The notes below the pieces were generated by a model. It had not been told where the DNA came from. It worked only from the letters and a program-made list of their open reading frames with translations, and searched no databases. Source: a virus. Taken from it: DNA of 64,000 nt. The translations under genes and the position numbers were made by a program. Where the stretch lies: positions 18,430 to 82,429 of IMG/VR virus record IMGVR_UViG_3300048580_000994; one strand, 5' to 3'. Positions 46,977 through 56,493 of the stretch are shown here, piece by piece (the stretch's first letter is position 1; the number at the start of each line of letters is the position of its first letter).

Positions 46977-47510
46977 ATGGGAAAAATGTCGACTGGTGAT
47001 TTCAAAATTCGTGATGGAAAGATGCTCATGGTTCGCCTTGGACCAATGAATGGGCAGGTGCAGGTCCATCGTGAAGGGCATGTTGCCCCTTGCCGTCGTG
47101 GGATTTGGGCTTTTCCGTTCCCCTTCCATGATGCCTTTTTCTATCACCACATTTGGGAGCGTATGCTTCCGAAGGCTTTCACCTACCCCAAGTGCCCAGA
47201 ACGTGACGAAGAAAATTATGACCAAAAGTATCAGGAATGGACTGACAAGTGCAACGCCATTGATTATGAAGCTCGTGACAAGAAGCTTCGTGAAATCATG
47301 AAGTCCAACCCTGAAACCAAGTTTTGGTATGGTGGCGGTTTTTATTCATACATCAAGCCCCACAAGAACATGGCTGACGCTGAATGGTATTGGTACGATA
47401 GTCATCGTGAATTCATCGCTGTTGCGAAGAAGCATATCCTTTACCATTATGATGGAAAAATGCCAATCAAGTATTCTTCTGACCACCTTCAGCTTTTCAT
47501 CCCCTGCTAA
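46977..47510 (+). CDS. Hypothetical early protein
   Basis: Directly follows the repeated promoter. Confidence 0.65.
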   Translation: MGKMSTGDFKIRDGKMLMVRLGPMNGQVQVHREGHVAPCRRGIWAFPFPFHDAFFYHHIWERMLPKAFTYPKCPERDEENYDQKYQEWTDKCNAIDYEARDKKLREIMKSNPETKFWYGGGFYSYIKPHKNMADAEWYWYDSHREFIAVAKKHILYHYDGKMPIKYSSDHLQLFIPC

Positions 47511-47651
47511 AAATTTTATATAATGGTGGGGATTATTAGTTTTTCCCCACTCATTTTATTTTTTACAACCCACTCTTTTATTTTGACAAAATAATACTAT
47601 TTTGTTATTATTACTATTAATAGTAATTTTAACATTTAGGAGGATAATATT

Positions 47652-49367
47652 ATGACAAGAAGACAAGCAATACCAGATGCGAAAGGGTTGGTTCATAGTT
47701 TAACAGCATCAAATTTAAAACCATATGATGCGATGAAAGAATTTGTTGACAATAGCATTGATGCTGGAGCTGACAAAGTTTGTGTATTAGTTCCACAATA
47801 TGATAGTAAAAATAATCCAGATTTGTTTAATGTTATAGAAATATTGGATAATGGTGTTGGTATGACAGACATGGAATTAAATAATGCTTGGAGATTGGGT
47901 GCAACCAGAAAATATAATAATAGTGAGCATGGAAAGTTTGGTATGGGTATGACAACAGCTACTTATAAAATCGCAAATACTATTAAAATAATTTCAACAA
48001 AAGATGGATATAATTTTAATACGTTATTTTGGTCACATGATATTGATAATTGGGAATATGATGGGTATGAATCAACTACTGATGAAATTGATGATTATAA
48101 AACCAAATCCAAAAAATTTAATATATCTGCGTTAAATCATGGAACATTAATTTCATTAGGCATTAAGGTAGAACATTTAGAATCAAAATCATTGGATACT
48201 TTACGAGAAAACGTGAGAAAAATTTTTGGGCAAACATATAGTGCTTATTTAAAAGGTGAGCGGGTGCGGTCTGATTCTTTAATTAATGAGCAATTGAGAA
48301 AAGTTGATATATATTTTAATACAATATTGATTGAACCATTTGATCCTTTTGATACAGAACAAGATGAATTTTATGATAGTCTTGTAAATAATGATCCATT
48401 GGTTACTTTGCCAGGGGCAAGATTGCGGGTTATTTTAGTAAAGGATTATCCATTAGAACGTTCAGAAAAAAAGATAACGTCAGAATATAAAGGTTTTTAT
48501 TGTAATAGAAATGGTAGATATATTGTGTGGGCAGATGCAACAAGATTTTTATTGCGTTATCATCATATATTTTTGCGTTTTGAATTAATTTGGGAACCAT
48601 CTGCTGATTGTAATATAGGTCTTACTTATAATAAAAATGAAGTTCAATTTACCAAAGAACAAATAAATGAAATGTCAGATAGAATTGCTCCTGCCAAGGC
48701 TAAAGCTATGGAGTTATATTATAAAAATAATAAAGATGTTAAATTGGGTAATAATCAACAAAAATTGTTGGATGCTTCAAAAACTGCGATAAACACCATT
48801 GGTGTTTGTATTGCTACTGGTGTGATTGATCCTGTTGAGGGTGAAATTATTAAAGAAACTAGAAAAACTGGTAATGGGAGTTCTGCAGGTTCAAAGCCAT
48901 CAGATAGTTCAGAAAGTTCTGGCAAATCAAGAACACCAAAAAATGTTGCTATTAATAAATGTAAGAGTGAGGTTGAGTTTGAATACATCAATCTTGATCC
49001 AGACGCTGGGTTTTTTGAATCAAGGCACGAAAATGGTAAATTTATTATATCAATAAATAAGGGGACAAGATTTTTTAAGACAATGTATTCAAGTTTGATG
49101 GATGAACCAAAATTAGTTGATGTTTTGAATTTGATGTTTTATTCAATGGCAGATGCTCAATATCGCATGAGGGATACTGAGTCTATTGCATATAGACAAG
49201 GCGCTGATAGAATGCTATCAAAAATGAATGCTACATTGGAAACTTTAATTAGAAATGCTGAGACAGATATAAAAGATAATACCACTGAATCAGATATGGT
49301 TGTTAATGTTGGTGTTCCAAAAACAACATCAGGGCAAACCAACAGTGATTTGTTTTTGATTGATTGA
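47652..49367 (+). CDS. MORC-like GHKL ATPase
   Basis: AMKEFVDNSIDAGA, DNGVGM, GKFGMG, HGT, GFYCNRNGRYI. Confidence 0.88.
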   Translation: MTRRQAIPDAKGLVHSLTASNLKPYDAMKEFVDNSIDAGADKVCVLVPQYDSKNNPDLFNVIEILDNGVGMTDMELNNAWRLGATRKYNNSEHGKFGMGMTTATYKIANTIKIISTKDGYNFNTLFWSHDIDNWEYDGYESTTDEIDDYKTKSKKFNISALNHGTLISLGIKVEHLESKSLDTLRENVRKIFGQTYSAYLKGERVRSDSLINEQLRKVDIYFNTILIEPFDPFDTEQDEFYDSLVNNDPLVTLPGARLRVILVKDYPLERSEKKITSEYKGFYCNRNGRYIVWADATRFLLRYHHIFLRFELIWEPSADCNIGLTYNKNEVQFTKEQINEMSDRIAPAKAKAMELYYKNNKDVKLGNNQQKLLDASKTAINTIGVCIATGVIDPVEGEIIKETRKTGNGSSAGSKPSDSSESSGKSRTPKNVAINKCKSEVEFEYINLDPDAGFFESRHENGKFIISINKGTRFFKTMYSSLMDEPKLVDVLNLMFYSMADAQYRMRDTESIAYRQGADRMLSKMNATLETLIRNAETDIKDNTTESDMVVNVGVPKTTSGQTNSDLFLID

Positions 49368-49849
49368 CTTTGTTTATGTTAACGGAAAGACCATCGGTCT
49401 TTCCGTTTTCCCATTGACAATTCTAAAAATCCTGTTATACTAATCAGATAATCAAGGAGAAAATCAATGGCTACTGTTGCTGAACTGATTGCATTTCTGG
49501 GACAGTTCCCCCCTGACACACAGGTTGAGGTTCTGGCTGGGAGTACTGGGCGCAACTACTCCCCCGATAGTTTTGGTAGGGTTGATATGAGTCTGGAAGA
49601 AGGCTATCGTTCCCCTGAAGGTGCTTGGCGTCAGAATGTTTCTGGTACGTCGTTTGAATTTGGTGGTGCCTATGAACATAATGGTATCCATCATGGGGCG
49701 ACTCTGTTTCTTGGTGAAGAAGATTAAACAACAGAAGGAGAAACTATCATGTGTCTACGATCAAAAATTTCAGTTGAAGAATTGGTTTGTGGGTCTTTGA
49801 TTGATATTAAAAAGTATGATTGTGATATTTTACCAAACATCATTGATGC

Positions 49850-49892
49850 TGGTATTACCAACAATTATGTTGGTATTACCAACAATTATGTT
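49850..49892 (+). repeat. 21-bp in-frame tandem duplication
   Basis: TGGTATTACCAACAATTATGT twice, encoding GITNNYV twice in ORF 49749-50147. Confidence 0.85.
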
Positions 49893-50420
49893 GTCCTCGC
49901 CACAAAAAAAGTTGGTAATGTTTCCCTTTATGTGGTGAGGTTTGATGAAGGAACGTTTTGGTATTTTGGATATACAAAACTAACTGGTGTTCTTCTTATT
50001 GATGTTTCTCGTGATGTTAATAGAATTGTCAATAATTATATTGAAAATGTTCGTATTGGTTGGATCAATGAACAATTTGACTATAGAAATGAACGAGAAA
50101 AAGAAAAAGAAAAACTTGCCAATTCATATTGGTGGTGGTGTGTGTAAAGGAGAAATGGAATGTTTGGAAGGACTATGGGTGATTTGAACGAAAACGAACT
50201 TGAACTTTATCATCAAGCCCATGATGAAGGGTATCTTGCTGGTATGGAGTTTCATATGGGGAATGGTGAACGAGCCGATAACCCATTTGATTATGAGTCA
50301 TTCCTTTATGTCGCTTGGGAAGATGGTTTCTGTGATGCTGGAATGGATAGTTAAATTAATTTTTGACAACCATGAAATATATGGTATGGTTATATATGAT
50401 TTAAAAGAAAGGAAAAATAA

Positions 50421-51179
50421 ATGGGAGATTTAACAACTGCTGATTGTAAGGAAATGCTTGAAAATTTGGTTGATGGTGTTGAAGGCAAAGCTTGGAAACG
50501 AACCAGAAAATGGAATGAAGGTAAAACAGGCGTTGTTCGTTCGTTCAATAACATTCAAAATAATACCACAGCATTGATTGTGGACGAGGGTAATGGTAAT
50601 ACACATTGTCTTGCATATGAACCATCACGCCCATCATTTTGTATTGATTATGCAAGTATGAACCAAGCATATTCACACCTTGGATTTACCATTATTACCA
50701 ATAAAAAAGTATCATTTTCAGGATTTGAAGAAGAACGTAATTATAAAGATGATGGTTACAGTGATGGGGTTGGAATTGAGTACTCTGTTAAAGATTTAAA
50801 AACCGCCAAGGCGACATTATTGGCGAATGGTTTTATTGAAAGTCCAATGCTATTAGTTAATTATTGTGCATGGCCAAAATATTCAGCATTACAGGCGGCA
50901 AAATATTGGGAAGTAATGGATGGTAAAATTTCAATGCAATCGGTTGCTGGTCTTGGTTGGGTTTATGAAAAAATTGATGACGATGGTGATGTGATGTTCT
51001 TTGTTTTAGCAGCCAGAGATGTTGAATGTGATAATGACCAAGGTTTCCCATTTGATATTCAAGGGTTTGATGAATGTATGGAATGCACCTTGGAAGCAGA
51101 TTCTAATATTACAAATCCAGAAGCAGAATTAGAAAAAGTTGGTTTTGTAAAATCAAAGAAAAAAATGTCATTTTATTAA
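50421..51179 (+). CDS. Hypothetical protein
   Basis: Long ORF with RBS. Confidence 0.7.
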   Translation: MGDLTTADCKEMLENLVDGVEGKAWKRTRKWNEGKTGVVRSFNNIQNNTTALIVDEGNGNTHCLAYEPSRPSFCIDYASMNQAYSHLGFTIITNKKVSFSGFEEERNYKDDGYSDGVGIEYSVKDLKTAKATLLANGFIESPMLLVNYCAWPKYSALQAAKYWEVMDGKISMQSVAGLGWVYEKIDDDGDVMFFVLAARDVECDNDQGFPFDIQGFDECMECTLEADSNITNPEAELEKVGFVKSKKKMSFY

Positions 51180-51194
51180 GAAAGGATTTTAATA

Positions 51195-52220
51195 ATGGGT
51201 TCATTCAACACAACTTGTTTCGTTACCAACCAAACCATTGCCAGTGAAGATCGAGTTAGACTCTTCCCTATCGCCCAACAAACTTCATATAATCCAGTCA
51301 AATTATCTTATAAAGATAAAGAATGGGAACAATTCTCTTATTGTTCATCTACCTGTTATCCAACAAGATTTTGGGAATTTTGTGGACCATGTTTGACTGG
51401 TGAATATGATGATTATGGACAATTCATTTTGGATAACACCCCAAAAAATCAAGATAGCATTCGTCGTGTTTTTAATTATCTTTTAGGGAATGCTGCAATC
51501 ACTAAAAAGGGCAAAAATGAATGCCATGATATTGCATTTGATATGTCAAAAATTTATTCAAAAGATAAAAAATATACTTTCAAACAGCTTATTAACATTT
51601 GGGAGAAAATGTGGACTGCAGTGGTTCATGAATGTCGGGTTTTCGTTCGTGATTATCAAGGAGCTTTCCGCCCATTTGGGTTCTCGGTTATGCATGAAAG
51701 TACTGCCAAATATCTTATCGACTTTTCTGAAAATTCAAAAGATTGGAATGGATTGGTGGAAACACGCTATGATTTCATCAAAAACACCTACAATGAACAT
51801 CATGTTATTGATTTGGTTAAAGAATATCTTTCAGATAAAGAAGCCAATTTTATGTCTATGTTTAGGATTGAAGGCATTGTGAGGGATTATCTTCGTTGTG
51901 GTGAAGGAATGGATGTCGCTCGTCATTATAATATTGATTATGATGCTGTCATTGTAAAAATCGCCAATGGAATGCTTGCTGGGATGGCGTCGGAAATTAC
52001 AGATGGTATTGTCAAGGATATCATGCCTTTGTTTGATTCGTTGTTTGATGCCCACTATATTATGGGTGGATTGAACGAGTTAAATATTTCCATTTCTCCA
52101 ATCGTTTATGCCAGCCAAGACTATAGTAACGATGTTGGAAAACAATATACAGAATTAGTCACTAAAGTATGCCAAGAAGTATCAGCTTTTAGAAAACAAA
52201 AGTATGGCGACGATGAGTAA
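51195..52220 (+). CDS. Hypothetical protein
   Basis: MGSFNTTC...GEYDDYG; long ORF with RBS. Confidence 0.7.
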   Translation: MGSFNTTCFVTNQTIASEDRVRLFPIAQQTSYNPVKLSYKDKEWEQFSYCSSTCYPTRFWEFCGPCLTGEYDDYGQFILDNTPKNQDSIRRVFNYLLGNAAITKKGKNECHDIAFDMSKIYSKDKKYTFKQLINIWEKMWTAVVHECRVFVRDYQGAFRPFGFSVMHESTAKYLIDFSENSKDWNGLVETRYDFIKNTYNEHHVIDLVKEYLSDKEANFMSMFRIEGIVRDYLRCGEGMDVARHYNIDYDAVIVKIANGMLAGMASEITDGIVKDIMPLFDSLFDAHYIMGGLNELNISISPIVYASQDYSNDVGKQYTELVTKVCQEVSAFRKQKYGDDE

Positions 52221-52262
52221 AAATTTATTGACAGCGTTCCAAAATTTTTGATACCATAACGA

Positions 52263-53070
52263 ATGATGAATAATACAAAGGAGAATGGGGTAGGGCAACG
52301 ATTTCGTTTAATAAACGATGATTGTTTGGTCGCTTTGAGTCAGATCGAGGATAAATCCATCGATATGGTTCTTTGTGACTTGCCCTACGGTTAGCACCAC
52401 AGCATGTCAATGGGACTCTATAATCCCATTAGAACCACTTTGGGGGCACTATGATAGGGTTTGTAAGGATGATGGGGTGATAGTCCTCACAGCATCTCAA
52501 CCCTTCACAACCACCCTTATATCGTCCAACATTAAAAATTTCAGGTATGAATGGATATGGGAAAAGCCTCAAGGCACCAATCCATTACTGGTCAATCGTA
52601 TGCCACTAAAGAACCATGAGAGCATTTTGGTGTTCTATAAAAAAACCTCTCGCTATTATCCCCAGATGGAACAAGGGACTCCCTATGGAAGTTTTCATTC
52701 CAATGACGCAACGATTGGGGAAGCGTATGGGAGTTTGGCATCAACTCATCGTGACAATCCAGATGGTACCCGCTTCCCAAAGACAGTTCTGAAATTCCCC
52801 CAAGACAAGGGTTACCATCCCACCCAAAAACCAGTTTCCCTAATGGAGTACCTGATCAAAACTTATACCAAATTGGGCGAAATTGTTCTTGATAATACAA
52901 TGGGTTCTGGGACGACTGGTGTTGCTTGTATGAATGTTGGTAGGGAATTCATTGGGATAGAGAAGGACGAAAAATACTTCCAAATCGCCAAGGATAGGAT
53001 TGAAGAAGCCCAGCAGCTAACAGCCTTTTTGGAATTTGAAGAAGAGTCCTTGTTTGATTTTTCCACTTGA
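52263..53070 (+). pseudogene. DNA methyltransferase interrupted right after DLPYG by TAG and a +1 frameshift
   Basis: Frame 1 ..[14 protein letters not shown](52392-94)-C, then the +1 frame TTACQWD..HPTQKP..DNTMGSGTT. Confidence 0.8.
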
Positions 53071-53124
53071 CAAATTTTTGATTTCTGATATTATGGACAA
53101 AGTTAAACAAATGGAGTAACGATT

Positions 53125-53499
53125 ATGGGTGATAACGTTGTGACTTTTGAAAATGGGCTGGCTCGTCTTCTCCCCATTGATGAATCCAAGTTTGAAGATT
53201 TGGGTGTGAGTCCCTTGGGCTTTGACGATGAATACACTGAATTTATGGAAATGTGGGACGAAGAATTTATGGTTCGTCTAAACGAGCGTCGTGAAGCATA
53301 CGAGCATCTTCACCCAAGCCCTGAATGGGATGCTATGGACAAGATTGCCTACGATGAGGTTATTCTGCAGATGGACAAACTTCATGGTACCAACGTTTCT
53401 GGTAAAATGATAGAGCAGAAGATTGGGCGAGTTATGACCAATGGTGAATCACGAGATAATGTTATCCATGTTGATTTCACAAAGAAGAAGGGGAAATGA
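53125..53499 (+). CDS. Hypothetical protein
   Basis: Own promoter and GGAG RBS; ends NVIHVDF-K-rich. Confidence 0.65.
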   Translation: MGDNVVTFENGLARLLPIDESKFEDLGVSPLGFDDEYTEFMEMWDEEFMVRLNERREAYEHLHPSPEWDAMDKIAYDEVILQMDKLHGTNVSGKMIEQKIGRVMTNGESRDNVIHVDFTKKKGK

Positions 53500-53881
53500 A
53501 AATGAAAGTATCATCAATTATTTTTTTGCTTGGGTGTGTGTATATGGGGTTCATTCTTGGGGTAGCTGGTATCAACTATACCATGCCAATTTTTTATGCT
53601 ATCCTTGGACCAGTATGCGCGATTGGTGTAGTTGCGAAAGGATTTTTTGAACGAGAAATCCGTGCAGAATATGGGGATTAAAAATTCGCTTGACAACCTT
53701 TTGAAAAACCATTATAGTGTATGAATGAATTGGGAAGAAACCTTCCCTGCTTTTTGAAATGTGAATAAGATTGTCGTGTTAAATGGAAAGGAGGGTTCGA
53801 ATCCCTCGCCTACGAGCGTAACAGCCATGGAACGACCCCAGGTTGAGAGTGGGGCGCGGCAATTTTAATTTTTATTAGGGC

Positions 53882-54042
53882 TAATAGTTAAAACGGTGGG
53901 CTTAGAGGCAGCCATCCGATAATGAGTGAGACGAACCGCCCATCCCGCTTCAGGGGTGGGGATACAACGTGGATAGTAAAAGATCACCCCTTAACAGGTA
54001 AGGATCGATTTCTCTTTGGCGTAGCAGCACATTTAACTATTA
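53882..54042 (+). ncRNA. 23S rRNA L11-binding (H43/H44) mimic RNA
   Basis: GTGGGCTTAGAGGCAGCCATC..GGCGTAGCAGCAC enclosed by TAATAGTTAAA/TTTAACTATTA. Confidence 0.75.
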
Positions 54043-54153
54043 TAGATATTATAGTTTGAGAATATAGTTGGCGATAAGGCGGGGCATCCTGATAGTCTTA
54101 TCGTAAAAGCTGACAGGGATTGTTGGAACGGCAGTAGCAACTATTTTGAATAT

Positions 54154-54230
54154 GGGCCAAGTCTAGGGCGGCTTGGTAGGTTGGCCCGCAAGGGGCCTCC
54201 CAAGTTGGGTTTCGATTACCCATTGGTCCA
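54154..54230 (+). ncRNA. Ala-identity tRNA-like RNA without D stem or anticodon
   Basis: Acceptor GGGCCAA/TTGGTCC-A with G3:U70; T arm TGGGT-TTCGATT-ACCCA; central arm capped by GCAA. Confidence 0.6.
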
Positions 54231-54412
54231 CGAATTTTAGTTTGGGCATGGAAATGATTCGCCCACGATCTCTCTAACGTTTGCAGACTTGAAGGTCGCA
54301 GTAAATCGTTTGTCGTGGTCCCCGAAGAAGTGAAAATCTTCCCCAAAGCCAATGTAACGGGTTGATAGTGACTGAAGATAAGGAACTATTCAAAATATGA
54401 AAGGAAAATAAT

Positions 54413-54760
54413 ATGGCAAAAGCACCAAAACCAAAATTTCATTTAAAATTCAAACCATATAGTGATGATGAAATCCCAAACCCAGATAATTTTAACGCTT
54501 ATCGTCAACCATTAGCGAGACTTGGGGATTTGGTTTATTGTGGTTCGAATAGGGTAATGAGTGCAGGAACAGTTGGAAGATTGGTTGGGTTTAAATCACA
54601 ATTTAATGAAGTATGGGCAGAAATCGAATGCCTTGATGGTGAAACCCGCCAGTTTCGAACATACTATCCTGGTGTGATTGATGAAACCCAGCTTCAAGAA
54701 GTGAAAGATTATTATATCAACGTTGAACAACGACCAGAACGAATTAAAGTGTCTTGGTAA
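54413..54760 (+). CDS. Hypothetical protein
   Basis: AAAGGA RBS. Confidence 0.6.
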   Translation: MAKAPKPKFHLKFKPYSDDEIPNPDNFNAYRQPLARLGDLVYCGSNRVMSAGTVGRLVGFKSQFNEVWAEIECLDGETRQFRTYYPGVIDETQLQEVKDYYINVEQRPERIKVSW

Positions 54761-54762
54761 TT

Positions 54763-55107
54763 TCACCAAGAATGCCCATAAGTTTCAAATTGTGTTCTCG
54801 CCCAAATCATCGCAGGATGGTTTGGGTGCCATTCCATTCCATGTTCAAATGCAATACCAAGTCCAATTTCCCAAGCAAGCCCTTCCCTTGATAACATTGA
54901 GAAAAAATGGGCACGACCTTTAATAACAGTGTCGCTTAGAGCGTGCCCAAGTTCGTGGAAAAATGCCAAGGTTTCTTTATCTGGTTCATCAAAACTGCCC
55001 ATACGAATGGTTTTACCTTCACAAAATGCTTGGTTTAAAATTGAGCTATCATTGATTACAGTCACCCCATGATGGTTTGCGATGTCGAGCATAATTTGTG
55101 TTACCAT
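54763..55107 (-). CDS. HExxH metallopeptidase-like protein
   Basis: FFHELGHA...REGLAW. Confidence 0.65.
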   Translation of the reverse strand: MVTQIMLDIANHHGVTVINDSSILNQAFCEGKTIRMGSFDEPDKETLAFFHELGHALSDTVIKGRAHFFSMLSREGLAWEIGLGIAFEHGMEWHPNHPAMIWARTQFETYGHSW

Positions 55108-55355
55108 AATGATATTTATTCGTTTGATGTTGACTTTTTCAAATTTTTTATATACTATAATTAAATAGCAGTCACCCCCGACCGAACGAGCGGTGACATG
55201 GTGATGGGGCTTCGGAACCCACGATCATCGGGGTCAGGCTGCAAGGGCTTGACAAAGTGTGGAGGAACGCATACTCGGGCGATTGGTCTCCGGACGCAAC
55301 CTGAAAGATGTGTTCAAGGGTGGTGGCACCACACAATTTTTTGAAAGGGAACCTT

Positions 55356-55757
55356 ATGACGAGAATCAACTCTAACATCCCACCTATGGAACTAAAACGA
55401 GTCCATTTAGTGGCTGAACTTCGTGAAATCACAATGGTCCCTGCCGCCTTGCGTCGTTCACTAAAAACGAAACGCCCAACAGAAATATTGACAACGATTC
55501 CAAAAACCTTTACCCTAAATGCTGGGCATGTGAAATTTTTTTATAACAAACTGGAATTTTTACGCAAACGCTTCAGCGAATTATCCAACGAGATGGAACG
55601 CAGGGGATATATTCCAAACCGCTCAAGGATCATTGCCTTTGATGGCTTTGACAAAATTTGGTATGGCGATTGGGACTCGTCAAGGGCAGACGATGATTTG
55701 GTTCGTGAACGAATCGCCCTCAGAATTTCCCAAAAACCACACCTTTATAATGAATAA
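55356..55757 (+). CDS. denV: Pyrimidine-dimer DNA glycosylase (endonuclease V)
   Basis: MTRIN...HLVAELREI...FTLNAGHVKFFYNKL. Confidence 0.9.
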   Translation: MTRINSNIPPMELKRVHLVAELREITMVPAALRRSLKTKRPTEILTTIPKTFTLNAGHVKFFYNKLEFLRKRFSELSNEMERRGYIPNRSRIIAFDGFDKIWYGDWDSSRADDDLVRERIALRISQKPHLYNE

Positions 55758-55797
55758 ATTTGACACCAACAGTTAAATAGAGTATGTTTTAATAAAT

Positions 55798-55887
55798 GGG
55801 AGGGTGGGTGAGTGGTTATAAACCAGCTGTCTACTAAACAGCCATACGTCTTAAAGCGTATCAAGAGTTCGAATCTCTTTCCTCCCG
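55798..55887 (+). tRNA. tRNA-Ser(ACT)
   Basis: Anticodon arm GCTGT-CTACTAA-ACAGC; long arm ATACG/CGTAT; G73. Confidence 0.88.
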
Positions 55888-56058
55888 CTTATAGTATTTT
55901 TTGGTTAAAGAGAAAGACGACTAACCATCGACCCCACTGTGTAGGGGCAGACACTGCCAAGGATGTTATCTGTGGTGGATAATATCGCAAGGTGGGAAGC
56001 CAATATGGGAACCCTTAAAATTGAACACAGACCAAAAATTATTAAATAGCGAGGAATA

Positions 56059-56493
56059 ATGACTGAAACTTTGCATTGTGTTATATATATGAGTTCTTCT
56101 TGGAATAAAATGAACAACGCCGAACTTGTTTCCCTTACAGAAAAAGCATCTATGAAAAATAAAATATTGGATGTTAGTGGTGTGTTACTTTATCATGATA
56201 TGCATTTTTTACAAGTCCTTGAAGGAAGTGAACCTTTATTAAATAAATTATATGAATTGATACAGAATGATAAACGTCATTATGGATTTATTACTTTGTA
56301 TGATGGGAAAATTAAAACAAGAAATTTCCAAAATTGGGGCATGGCATTGGTTAATGTGGATAATCTCAAAACAGAAAATGTAGAATTGTTCAAAACAATT
56401 GAAAATGCTACCCCTTGGGAAACCCCACAAACCACAATGAATTTTCGTGTTGATAATCTTATTAATGCATTCAAACAAGCTGTTGGATATTAA
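56059..56493 (+). CDS. BLUF-domain blue-light sensor
   Basis: IYMS...N...VSGVLLY..FLQVLEG...IQNDKRH...RNFQNWGM. Confidence 0.92.
   Translation: MTETLHCVIYMSSSWNKMNNAELVSLTEKASMKNKILDVSGVLLYHDMHFLQVLEGSEPLLNKLYELIQNDKRHYGFITLYDGKIKTRNFQNWGMALVNVDNLKTENVELFKTIENATPWETPQTTMNFRVDNLINAFKQAVGY

Noticed and set aside
53882-54042. rRNA gene or host contamination
   Set aside because: Similarity is limited to two short segments split by an insert, and the flanks are phage-like.
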